Assembly (NCBI GenBank): GCA_036476995.1
Contig: JAZGCO010000021.1
Location: forward strand, 8,085 to 72,084
DNA from: Gemmatimonadota bacterium
GTDB lineage: Bacteria > Gemmatimonadota > Gemmatimonadetes > Palauibacterales > Palauibacteraceae
Direction of reading: 5' to 3'
Length of the DNA stretch: 64,000 nucleotides
Below the pieces are notes generated by a model. The model worked only from the letters and a program-made list of their open reading frames with translations. It ran no database searches and was not told the origin of the DNA. How positions within the stretch are numbered: position 1 is the first letter of the stretch; the number at the start of each line of letters is the position of its first letter. Shown here in pieces: positions 1 through 10,341 of the stretch. A program made the translations under genes and the position numbers.

Positions 1-1111
1 AGATCGCCACCAGGGTGTCGCCCGCCACCCAGCTCTCGCCGCCGCCGACCCCGAGGCCGGGTGGCCCCTCCACCTCGGTATCGTCCCCAGCGAGCTGAAT
101 TCCAGAGGCCGAGCCTATGCCCACAAGCGAGTCGAGCGCCCCAGCAGCCACATGGAAAACAAGGGAGTCGGCATCAGCTCTAAATCCTTTCGACCAGCCT
201 GTGGCCCGTCCAGCATGAGCCCGCAAGCGCCGCACCTCCGACTCTTCGAACTCCGCGGCAACGATGGGAGCACCGATGCGGAAGTCGTCGCCGGCAGCCT
301 CCGCCGTTCCAAGAGCACGTATCTCTGTGAGTTCCTCGCCTCCGAAGAATGCGTACACACTGTCGCCCTTCAGCTCGACGTCCTCTCCCCGGACGACAGG
401 GTCGCCAAACAGGCGACCGCGAGCCAAAGTAGCCTCGAAGAACGCGCTGTCAGCGGTAGCGGACATGTCACTCCGGTTGATTTCGACCCCCCCAAACACG
501 TTGGCCCGCTCTTCACCGACGAACTCAGCTTCATCCGAGTCGATCTCAAACGGCTCACGGCTTTCGCTCGCGGGACCAAAGGCCAGCGTCAGATGGGGGC
601 GCTCCGTGGCTCGGGTCCTCTCGGGGGCTCCAGCTCGCCCCCTGAAAATCTCAACTCGCGGCCCCCTCATTTGGGAGCCGGTCCGGCGCTGCGTAAGCGA
701 GACGTTTCGTTCGGCCAGAACGCGGCCCTGCGGCGCAAAGTAGGTGAGCCGATCCGCATCCAGAACGCGCGTGCTATCCGCGTAGTGGACTCGGCCGATC
801 ATATTGACCCTACCGCTACGCTCGTAGTGGACCGCACTGTCCGCGGTGATCGTTGCGTCTCCGCACACGGTTCGCACTGAGCCCCCCAGGTAATGAATAA
901 AGCTCTCCCTCTCGCCTCCCACATTCTGGCTGAAACTTCGGCCAAACCTGATCGTCATCGTGCAGCGCTTCGTCGCGAGAATTGCCGGCTCCTCATCCTG
1001 GACGACCGGTGGACCCGGCGCCTCTTCCTGCACGCGAGCACCCCGGACATCACCGGCGAATGTGAGACCCCAGAGAAGTATCAGGCCGCCTGGCCAGGCT
1101 GGCCCAATCAC
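1..1111 (-). CDS. OstA/LptA-like periplasmic LPS-transport protein (3' end runs off the window)
   Basis: Not in the ORF track. Manual translation from the GTG at 1111, which overlaps the lptC stop, is open to the window edge. It has a signal-like N-terminus and repeated beta-jellyroll-type segments (ITADSAVHY, VLDADRLTY, SATADSAFF, LKGDSVYA, ADADSLVF) and sits directly downstream of lptC. Confidence 0.7.
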   Translation of the reverse strand, partial: MIGPAWPGGLILLWGLTFAGDVRGARVQEEAPGPPVVQDEEPAILATKRCTMTIRFGRSFSQNVGGERESFIHYLGGSVRTVCGDATITADSAVHYERSGRVNMIGRVHYADSTRVLDADRLTYFAPQGRVLAERNVSLTQRRTGSQMRGPRVEIFRGRAGAPERTRATERPHLTLAFGPASESREPFEIDSDEAEFVGEERANVFGGVEINRSDMSATADSAFFEATLARGRLFGDPVVRGEDVELKGDSVYAFFGGEELTEIRALGTAEAAGDDFRIGAPIVAAEFEESEVRRLRAHAGRATGWSKGFRADADSLVFHVAAGALDSLVGIGSASGIQLAGDDTEVEGPPGLGVGGGESWVAGDTLVAI

Positions 1112-1655
1112 TGCGGAATCGTAACGCCCGGTGCCACCATGGACGACTGGGTTGTCCGGACGTTGTCCATAGCCGGATCGGCTTCGAAGCTGCTTCCGCG
1201 TGTGGTAGTTCCGCCGCGGTAGAAAACGAACGGAGAGGTGCCGATGAGCTGGTCCTGGCCGGCATCGTATCTCAAGTCTTCCGTCTCGAGACGCCGGTCG
1301 CGGCTGGCGTCCCTGACCTCCACCGCTCCATGGGCCCGCATGTCCCCGGTGGCTGGGTTGTACACGCCGGAGCGCGCCCGCAGTACCGATTGCACGAGTC
1401 CGCTGGGATCGAAGAAGTCGAGCTCGAGACCGCGAAGATCGATTTCGGACCTGGCGGAATAGAAATAGGCCGTGTCAGCTCGTAGACGAGCTATACGGAC
1501 GCCGTCGCTAGTCAGCACGTGTTGCAGTCCGACCATTACCTGGTCAGCGTCAAACGCGAACAGCGGGTCGTCGGATGTGGACGACTCCGGCTGCCTGCAA
1601 CCAGGTGCGAGAACCAGAGCCAGCGGCCAGAGGTAACGCGGGGAGAGACGACGCA

Positions 1656-1656
<1 letters not shown>
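1108..1656 (-). CDS. lptC: LPS export ABC transporter periplasmic protein LptC
   Basis: N-terminal membrane anchor/lipobox (LAPGC), then LRADTAYFY, LRARSGVYN, GDMRAHGAV and LETEDLRYD segments typical of LptC. Start set at the ATG overlapping the pyrG stop. Confidence 0.8.
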
Positions 1657-3332
<1,676 letters not shown>

Positions 3333-3547
3333 TCAATCGATTCTCTCTTACTCCTGCTAGGCCACTGCCGCAGTAACGCTTCAGAAGGATGGACTTCCCG
3401 GAAATTTGCTGGGGGTTATCCGCCGCAGATCGGGGGCGACTCACTCGTACCGGGAGGGGCCGCCAGCGACAGGCATACGCAAGATCATTCACGCTCCGGA
3501 ATCTATCCAACGGGGTCCGCCTCTGAAAGACCGGCCCGAAGGTGAAA

Positions 3548-5032
3548 TCAGCGAAGACCGGGTGTGGCGAGTGTAAACACAACCGTGGGATCCAGGTCAT
3601 CGACCGCCGGATCCACGGCCAGAGCCAACTCCAGCCCGGCGATGCGAAGCCCCGCGAGCAGGTTGTTCTCGAAGTCCGCGCTATCGCCCGGCAGCCAGGC
3701 CGCGCCGAACGCGGCTCGCACGAAAGCGTACGGGACACCTAGCGGACCCGCTTCCCTGCTGATCGGGACCATGTATGTGGCCCGGGCATAGACGGCGCGT
3801 GGCCCGAAGAACGCCAGCGGAGTAAAAGTGGGCAACGTGCCTCGTCCGCCGAAGCCCGTCCACCGCTGCCCGGGCAGCGTCCCCGCTATGTCGCCCCTCG
3901 CCATCCCGAACAGTTCGATTCGATGATTGCTCGGAGCTGGCGGTTTCCACTGAGCCCGGATGCCGACCAACGCGAACGAAGCCATCCCGCCAGCAGCTGA
4001 GTCCGCGACTTCCAGCTCGGCCACCACCCCGAACGTTCCCGCCCTACCGCTGTGATTCATCCGCCCCGTGGCTTTGAAACTCCATACGGTGCCATCGTCG
4101 ATTGCCGGATTGGACCGCGGCATGTCAGTCCCGAACAAGACCGTATGCTCCGCAGCCGGCAGGCTGGTCGCATCTTCCCGCTGCACCACTAGCTCGCCGC
4201 CCCAGCGATCCTCATCGGACCACTCCAGTACCAGGGCCAGCCGATCCGACTCGTAGTAGTTGCGGAAATCCTCGCCCACGAACAGGTATGACACGGTGTT
4301 GCTGAAGTCGGGACGCAGCCACCGCTCCTGGTGAGCGGTCTCTCGAACACCGGCTTCGACGCCGAATCGGAAACCTGGCGCCGGATACCACATGTGGCGG
4401 AGTGACGCTCCAAAGTTATTCTGGGTGGTCCTAAAGCGAACCACGCCATCCAGCGACGGCTGCCAGGGGGCCCCGGCGGCCTGCACGGTCGCACCGGCCT
4501 CCAGAATCCACCCGTTGACGCGCTGATAGTGCGGCAACTTGAATCCGCTGAGCCCGTGAGCCCGAAACGTTTTGGGCGGCCGTGGCGCAGCCGGATAGAT
4601 GTAGTAACCGCCAGCTTCGGGCAGAACTTCGTAACGGGCCCGGGGCTGGTCATCCACCTCCCCTTCTACGGTTGCTAGCCTCGACCCGTAGAACCCACCA
4701 CCCAGCACCACGACATCGCCACCGATGCTGGCCCCAGGCCTGAGGAAGAGGTCTCCGTCCACCACGAACACATCCCCATCCACGCGTCCGGAGATGCGCA
4801 CCGACGCCTGCAGGATCAGAAGGCTCTCGGTTACGGTCTGGTCCGACTGAAGCAGCGTGTCCCGGGGCCACACCTGATACTGGTTGTTGGAGAGGAACTC
4901 GGACAGACGAAGTTGCGCCGCAGACTCACGTCCGGAGGAAAGACGGATGTCCTGAGCCTGTAGCGGGTGGGTCAGGCCCAGACCCGACATCGTCAGGACG
5001 GAGAGAAGAGCGAGCGCTGATCGCGCTCTCAT
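3548..5032 (-). CDS. Secreted/outer-membrane protein: N-terminal bactofilin-like beta-helix repeats plus probable C-terminal beta-barrel
   Basis: Signal peptide MRARSALALLSVLTMSGLGLTHPLQAQ; repeats GRVDGDVFVV / ASIGGDVVVL / ATVEGEV; the remainder is amphipathic beta-strand-like with GEDFRNYY and GGRGTLPTF motifs. Start at the ATG overlapping the nitroreductase stop. Confidence 0.6.
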   Translation of the reverse strand: MRARSALALLSVLTMSGLGLTHPLQAQDIRLSSGRESAAQLRLSEFLSNNQYQVWPRDTLLQSDQTVTESLLILQASVRISGRVDGDVFVVDGDLFLRPGASIGGDVVVLGGGFYGSRLATVEGEVDDQPRARYEVLPEAGGYYIYPAAPRPPKTFRAHGLSGFKLPHYQRVNGWILEAGATVQAAGAPWQPSLDGVVRFRTTQNNFGASLRHMWYPAPGFRFGVEAGVRETAHQERWLRPDFSNTVSYLFVGEDFRNYYESDRLALVLEWSDEDRWGGELVVQREDATSLPAAEHTVLFGTDMPRSNPAIDDGTVWSFKATGRMNHSGRAGTFGVVAELEVADSAAGGMASFALVGIRAQWKPPAPSNHRIELFGMARGDIAGTLPGQRWTGFGGRGTLPTFTPLAFFGPRAVYARATYMVPISREAGPLGVPYAFVRAAFGAAWLPGDSADFENNLLAGLRIAGLELALAVDPAVDDLDPTVVFTLATPGLR

Positions 5033-5577
5033 CCGGTAGGGCCCACGCCTCTGCCCGACCAGGTTTCCCACCCGATCACGTCCGCTTTGGGCAGTCGGTC
5101 AGGAAGACCGCCGAATCGCTCTGGATATCCGAGCCCGAGAATGGATACGATCGGAACGTCCTGAGGAATCCCGACGGTGTCACGCATGCCCGATTCCCGA
5201 AAGCCCGTGATCCACAGAGATGCGAGACCCAGGTCCGAGGCGGCCATGATCATCGCCTGCGTGGCCGCCGCCACGTCGGCCGGATGACTCGGCCTCCCAC
5301 TCCCCGTGATGTGCGAATGAATCCGCGCGCAACACAGGACGAGACATGGGGCCGAGCGAACCTGCTGCTGATTGAAGCACTCAGCAGCAATCCGGACTCG
5401 AGTCTGCAGGCTCTGGACGATAACGAACCTCCACGGCTGAGCCTCTCTCGCTGAGGTGGCGTATCGGCCGCAGTCTACGATCCGCTCCAGCAGGTCGGGC
5501 GGTACCGGCCGATCCGCAAAGCTCAGAATTCGCTGGCGGTTTCGGGCCAGGCTGAATACCCGCGAGACGTAGCTCAC
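5029..5577 (-). CDS. Nitroreductase family protein
   Basis: RNRQRILSF, ATSAREAQPWRFVIV, DVAAATQAMIMAASDLGLASLWI and LGYP motifs. Confidence 0.9.
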   Translation of the reverse strand: MSYVSRVFSLARNRQRILSFADRPVPPDLLERIVDCGRYATSAREAQPWRFVIVQSLQTRVRIAAECFNQQQVRSAPCLVLCCARIHSHITGSGRPSHPADVAAATQAMIMAASDLGLASLWITGFRESGMRDTVGIPQDVPIVSILGLGYPERFGGLPDRLPKADVIGWETWSGRGVGPTG

Positions 5578-6518
5578 CGGTCCACGCCCCGGGGGTGACA
5601 GCTTCGGTGCACCTCCCGCAGGTGAGTTCGATCCACATGAATGTAGATCTGTGTAGTAGCGATATCGGCGTGTCCCAGCATCTCCTGCACAGCTTCCAAC
5701 GGCGCGCCTCCTTCAAGCAGGTGTGTGGCGAAGCTATGGCGCAGCGTATGCGGCGTTACCCGCTGCCCGATGCCGGACCTGAGCACGTGACGGCGTACAA
5801 CCTTCCACGTCCCCATCCGGCTCAGAGGGCGGCCGTGGCGACTGAGGAAAACCACACCCAGGCCTTCACCGCGGTCCAACCGTCCCCTCAGATCGCCAAG
5901 GTAGTCGCGCACGGCCACCGTTGCACGACCTCCCAGGGGCACGATTCGGCGACGGTTTCCCTTCCCTGCCACAGTGATGAGACCATCTTCCAGAAACAGA
6001 TCCCGGCGCCGCAGCGAGTTGAGCTCGGAAATGCGCAGACCCGCTCCGTACAGCGTTTCCAGCATGGCCAGATCCCGCTGAAACAGGAAAGAGCTCGGGT
6101 CAGTCGACGCCAGGAGTTGCTCTACCTGAGCAATCGAGAGGGCCTCTGGCAGCGGACGCGCCGGCTTCGGGGACTCCAGATGCTCCGTAGGATCGGACTC
6201 GATGTGGCCTTCTTCCAGCAGGAACGAAAAATAGGTGCGTAGCGCTGACTGAACCCTGGCCACACTGGAGCGGCCGAGGCCTACCTCATACAGGTGAGCT
6301 GTGAACGCACGAAGGAGAGAATAATCGGCCGCGGCCGGAGAGGCCGCGCCTTTGTCCGAGGCGAACTCCACCAGGCGGCGGCAGTCCCTCAGGTATGCGT
6401 CCCGTGTCGTGTCCGAGAGGCCGCGCTCAAAACGGAGGTAGTCGGAGAACCTCTCCAGAAGAAAGCGGACTTGGATCTCCAGTACTCTTTCGTTCACCTC
6501 ACGCACCCGAACGGTCAT
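5574..6518 (-). CDS. xerD: Site-specific tyrosine recombinase XerD (XerC/D family)
   Basis: LSDTTRDAYLRD, RDLAMLETLYGAGLRISEL, GKG, HTLRHSFATHLLEGGA and LGHADIATTQIY give a complete R-K-H-R-H-Y set; HPR C-terminus. Confidence 0.88.
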   Translation of the reverse strand: MTVRVREVNERVLEIQVRFLLERFSDYLRFERGLSDTTRDAYLRDCRRLVEFASDKGAASPAAADYSLLRAFTAHLYEVGLGRSSVARVQSALRTYFSFLLEEGHIESDPTEHLESPKPARPLPEALSIAQVEQLLASTDPSSFLFQRDLAMLETLYGAGLRISELNSLRRRDLFLEDGLITVAGKGNRRRIVPLGGRATVAVRDYLGDLRGRLDRGEGLGVVFLSRHGRPLSRMGTWKVVRRHVLRSGIGQRVTPHTLRHSFATHLLEGGAPLEAVQEMLGHADIATTQIYIHVDRTHLREVHRSCHPRGVDR

Positions 6519-7134
6519 CCGGGTCGCGACGGGTCCTCCACCACCAGACGCCGAGAACGGTGGCGATAAGCAGCGCTACGATCACACCGGTCGAGTTGGC
6601 GGTCCGCAGGAGATCGGTGAGGCGCGGAATATTCTGAGACACGAACTGTCCTGCCAGAATCAGCACTCCGTACCACACGGCAGAAGCTAGGATGAGCGGA
6701 ATCGACGTCGATAGCACTCCCAACCGGCTGATCCCGGCGAAGGCCGGAACCAGAACTCGAAACACCGGGACAAATCGGGTGAGAAAGATCGTGCCCACGC
6801 CATAGCGAGCGTAAAACCTTGACAGGCGTCGGAGCTGATTCGGACGCAGGAGACGCCGCCCCCAGCGAGTCTGGAAGATGGCTTCGCCGTACCGGCGAGC
6901 CCCCACGTAGACAAACAGAGCTCCGGCAACGTTGGAAGCGAGTGCCACGCCGAATACGGTCGTGCTGATAACCACGCCGTGGTCCGCCAGAATACCACCC
7001 GCGATCACGAACATGTCCGAGGGTACGGGGGGAAAGAAATTCTCCAGAAGCGCCCCTGCCGCGATGAGCAGGTAAATCGTCCCCACCGGCACATCGCCGA
7101 TGAGCCGCACCAGCATCTCCAGCTGTTCCTGCAT
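6499..7134 (-). CDS. DedA family membrane protein
   Basis: ENFFPPVPSD, RYGVGTIFLTRFVPVFR and AGISR motifs; several hydrophobic helices. Confidence 0.92.
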   Translation of the reverse strand: MQEQLEMLVRLIGDVPVGTIYLLIAAGALLENFFPPVPSDMFVIAGGILADHGVVISTTVFGVALASNVAGALFVYVGARRYGEAIFQTRWGRRLLRPNQLRRLSRFYARYGVGTIFLTRFVPVFRVLVPAFAGISRLGVLSTSIPLILASAVWYGVLILAGQFVSQNIPRLTDLLRTANSTGVIVALLIATVLGVWWWRTRRDPDDRSGA

Positions 7135-7135
7135 T

Positions 7136-7648
7136 CTAGCCCGTTCGCAGACTGGCGTGGAGGGCGTCTGTGTCTCTGATTCGGTCGATCAACGCAACCG
7201 CCATCACCGCCAATCCCTCGCCGCGGCCAATGAATCCCATGCCCTCGTTTGTCTTGCCCTTTGCCGAAACCGCTCCAGGGGACACGTGTAGCAGCTCGGC
7301 CAGTCTTTCCCGAATTGCCGGGGCTCGGTCGAGGATCCGGGGGGTTTCAGTAATGACCGTTACATCGGCGTTTACAACTTGGTAGTTCTCGCCCTCGATC
7401 AGGCGCACCGTGTGCTCCAGGAGAGTGGCCGAGTCGGCATTGGCCAGCTCCGGATCGCTATCCCGAAAGTGCTCTCCGATGCTCCCCAGTCCGGCCGCAC
7501 CGAGTAGGGCGTCAATAACCGCGTGCAATACGGCGTCGCCGTCGGAATGACCTGCCAAGCCGGGATGGTCGGGAATGGAAACACCCCCGAGAACAAGCTT
7601 GCGGGCCGAATCAAATCGGTGCGAGTCGTACCCGAGGCCCACTCTCAT
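7136..7648 (-). CDS. ispF: 2-C-methyl-D-erythritol 2,4-cyclodiphosphate synthase
   Basis: MRVGLGYDSHRF, HSDGDAVLHA and KGKTNEGMGFIGRGEG motifs. Confidence 0.97.
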   Translation of the reverse strand: MRVGLGYDSHRFDSARKLVLGGVSIPDHPGLAGHSDGDAVLHAVIDALLGAAGLGSIGEHFRDSDPELANADSATLLEHTVRLIEGENYQVVNADVTVITETPRILDRAPAIRERLAELLHVSPGAVSAKGKTNEGMGFIGRGEGLAVMAVALIDRIRDTDALHASLRTG

Positions 7649-8049
7649 GAGAGACCGAGAATGCGTACCGCCAGGAGAGCCGCGTTGCGGGAATTATCGA
7701 TTCCCACTGCCGCTACCGGAACACCCGCTGGCATCTGAACTGTGGATAGGAGGGCATCGAGCCCGCCCAGAGTGCCCGCCGAAATGGGAACACCGATCAC
7801 CGGGAGTGACGTATGCGCCGCCACGACACCGGGCAGTGCCGCGGATAGGCCGGCGCCACAGATGATCACCGAAAACCCTGACTCCTCTGCAGTTTCGGCG
7901 AGCTCGACCGTCTGCTGTGGGTCCCGGTGGGAGCTGCTGACGACGACTTCAGTGTCAACACCTTCCTCGACGAGGAGGTCCGCTCCTCTCTGCATAACCG
8001 CCCGGTCTGACTCCGACCCGATGAGCATCAGCACACGGCCACGCGCCAT
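7645..8049 (-). CDS. purE: PurE (AIR carboxylase / N5-CAIR mutase), short form
   Basis: GSESD, SSHRDP, PVIGVP, GLDALLSTVQMPAGVPVA and NAALLA motifs. Start set at the ATG overlapping the mqnC stop; 134 aa. Confidence 0.92.
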   Translation of the reverse strand: MARGRVLMLIGSESDRAVMQRGADLLVEEGVDTEVVVSSSHRDPQQTVELAETAEESGFSVIICGAGLSAALPGVVAAHTSLPVIGVPISAGTLGGLDALLSTVQMPAGVPVAAVGIDNSRNAALLAVRILGLS

Positions 8050-9164
8050 CAGGAAGCCTGTCGAGACCGGCACACAGCGCAGCCGCAGTACCAATCGAGG
8101 CCGGGATCGACCGGTGAGTAGTCCTGGTACCTGGAGACGGCCCTGTAGCCAGCCTCCTCGATCAGCCGAACGATCTCCTCTTTCGGCATGATGAAGTCAG
8201 TTCCCGTGGCCGAAACGACATTCTCTTCCATCATCAGAGAACCGAAGTCGTTGCATCCGAAATGGAGCGCGACTTGGGCCACCTTCGGCCCCTGGGTTAC
8301 GTAGCTGACCTGGAAGTTCTGGATATTGTGGATCACCAGCCGCGAGATCGCCACCGTCTTTAGATACTCGGTTGCCGTCGCCTCCTCGGCCCCGGCCATG
8401 CCTGTTCCTTCGGGCTGCAGGGTCCACGGAATAAACGCCGTGAAGCCACCCGTTTCCGCCTGAAGATCCCGGATTCGAAGCATGTGCTCGATCCTGTCGG
8501 CCCGGGACTCACCAGCACCGAACATCATGGTTGCTGACGTCAGCAGGCCGCCCTCGTGCGCAGCACGATGAATGTCGAGCCAGCGCGCGGTTCCGATCTT
8601 CTTCTTGGCGATCTCTGCGCGCACATCATCCACCAGGATTTCCGCCCCCGCCCCCGGCACGGAATCCAGCCCCGCCTCGACGAGAGCCTCAAGAACCGCG
8701 GGGATGCTCATCTTCTCCACTCGGGCAATGATGTCGAGCTCGGAGGCCGAGAATCCGTGCACGTGAATCGGGTGACTCTCTTTGATGAAGCGGAGCAGGT
8801 CCGTGTAGTATTCCAGCCGGAGATACGGGTTATGGCCGCCCTGCATGAGAATCTGAACGGCTCCGATTTCGCGGGCCTCGTCGATCTTGGCCCCGATCTC
8901 CTCGTGGGACAGCACGTAGGCTTCGCTGTCACCGGGACGGCGATAGAACGCGCAGAACGAGCAATCCGTGATACACACGTTCGTGTAGTTGATGTTGCGG
9001 TCCAGGATGTAGGACACCGTGCCATCCGGTGACTGTTCCCGCATTCGGTCGGCGGCCTGCGCTCCCACCTGTAGAAGAGGCAACTCGAACAGACGAGCGA
9101 GTTCGTCGACCTCGTCACGCTCGACGGGACTTATGGGGCGTTCCAGGACCGCGCCCTGAGTCAT
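8049..9164 (-). CDS. mqnC: Cyclic dehypoxanthinyl futalosine synthase (radical SAM)
   Basis: DRNINYTNVCITDCSFCAF (CX3CX2C), QGGHNP, PGAGAEIL, ATMMFG and NDFGSLMMEENVV motifs. Start set at MTQGAVLER, 11 nt after the mqnE stop. Confidence 0.88.
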   Translation of the reverse strand: MTQGAVLERPISPVERDEVDELARLFELPLLQVGAQAADRMREQSPDGTVSYILDRNINYTNVCITDCSFCAFYRRPGDSEAYVLSHEEIGAKIDEAREIGAVQILMQGGHNPYLRLEYYTDLLRFIKESHPIHVHGFSASELDIIARVEKMSIPAVLEALVEAGLDSVPGAGAEILVDDVRAEIAKKKIGTARWLDIHRAAHEGGLLTSATMMFGAGESRADRIEHMLRIRDLQAETGGFTAFIPWTLQPEGTGMAGAEEATATEYLKTVAISRLVIHNIQNFQVSYVTQGPKVAQVALHFGCNDFGSLMMEENVVSATGTDFIMPKEEIVRLIEEAGYRAVSRYQDYSPVDPGLDWYCGCAVCRSRQAS

Positions 9165-9174
9165 TTCAGCCCTC

Positions 9175-10341
9175 TCAGTTGAGCGAGTTGTACAGGGAGT
9201 CACGCTCCACCGGCCGCTTGCCCGCGTCGCTGATCAGATGAACGATGTCGTCCAGCTCCATCCCGACCGGTGTATCCGCGCCTGCCGCGTGCGTGATTTT
9301 CTCGAGCACGATCGTACCCTCCAGGTCGTCTACGCCGAAGTCCAGCGCCAGCTGCGACAAGCGCGTAGTGACCATGATCCAATGTGTCTTTATGTGGTCA
9401 AAGTTATCCAGCACAATCCGGCCGACAGCGAGGACTTTCAGGTCGTCCACCCCTCCCGTCCTCGTGCGCTCCCGGCCGAGAGTCCGGCCCAGCGCCGTGT
9501 TATCGGGATGCCAAGCCAGCGGAATGAACGTGCTGAAGCCGCCCGTTTCGCTCTGCAAGTCTCTCAACATCAACATGTGATCGACCCGGTCCTCTACCGA
9601 TTCCACGTGTCCGTACAGGAGCGTGCAGTTCGTCGGAATTCCCAGCTGGTGAGCCTCCCTGTGCACCTGGATCCAGTCTTCGGCCACCAGTTTCCGGTCC
9701 GCTATGCTAGCGCGAACCGCGGGGCTGAAGACCTCTGCTCCTCCACCGGGCATCGTGTCCAACCCCGCATCCAGCAGCTCCTTCAAGACCTGCAGAGTCG
9801 GGATGCCCTCCACTCGAGCCAGGTGCGCGATCTCTACGGCGGTGAGCGCCTTAACATGAATCGCTGGATGACGTTCCTTGAGCCCGCGAACCATGTCCGT
9901 GTAGTACGACAGCGGCAGCTTGGGATGAAGGCCGCCCACGATGTGAAACTCTCGGATCGGCGAGCGCCGCGCATGCTCCGCTTCCTCGAAGACCTGCTCG
10001 AGCGGCATCGTATAGGCATCCTCCGCCACGGGCCGTACTCCGTACGAACAGAATACGCACACCTTGTTGAGGATACAGACGTTGGTCGGATTAATGTGCT
10101 GGTTGGCCACGTAGAAAACCCGGTCGCCGTTGCGGCGCCGGTTCATAAGATCCGCCATCGCTCCCACGGCCAGCAGATCGTCTGTCTCAAACAGTACGAT
10201 GCCGTCTTCGCGCGACACGCGCTGGCCGGCCAAGACTTTCTCGGCAATCGGGAGGAGACGGGGATCTCGCGGCTGAACCGTAAGGCCTGCCTCCACCCCA
10301 CACGCGGCCGGGGAGAACTCGGTCAGGTCTACGCTTGCCAC
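9175..10341 (-). CDS. mqnE: Aminofutalosine synthase (radical SAM)
   Basis: NQHINPTNVC, EFHIVGGLHP, KALTAVEI, MPGGGAEVF, HIKTHWIM and GVDDLEGT motifs; paired with mqnC. Confidence 0.88.
   Translation of the reverse strand: MASVDLTEFSPAACGVEAGLTVQPRDPRLLPIAEKVLAGQRVSREDGIVLFETDDLLAVGAMADLMNRRRNGDRVFYVANQHINPTNVCILNKVCVFCSYGVRPVAEDAYTMPLEQVFEEAEHARRSPIREFHIVGGLHPKLPLSYYTDMVRGLKERHPAIHVKALTAVEIAHLARVEGIPTLQVLKELLDAGLDTMPGGGAEVFSPAVRASIADRKLVAEDWIQVHREAHQLGIPTNCTLLYGHVESVEDRVDHMLMLRDLQSETGGFSTFIPLAWHPDNTALGRTLGRERTRTGGVDDLKVLAVGRIVLDNFDHIKTHWIMVTTRLSQLALDFGVDDLEGTIVLEKITHAAGADTPVGMELDDIVHLISDAGKRPVERDSLYNSLN

Noticed and set aside
152-880. 242-aa plus-strand ORF in the track
   Set aside because: Antisense shadow of the real minus-strand OstA-like gene, which the track missed because it runs off the window edge.
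5574-6518. Tyrosine recombinase as a sign of a prophage or integrative element
   Set aside because: XerD-like length and motifs, overlap-coupled to housekeeping neighbours, and no att repeats, tRNA or phage genes nearby.
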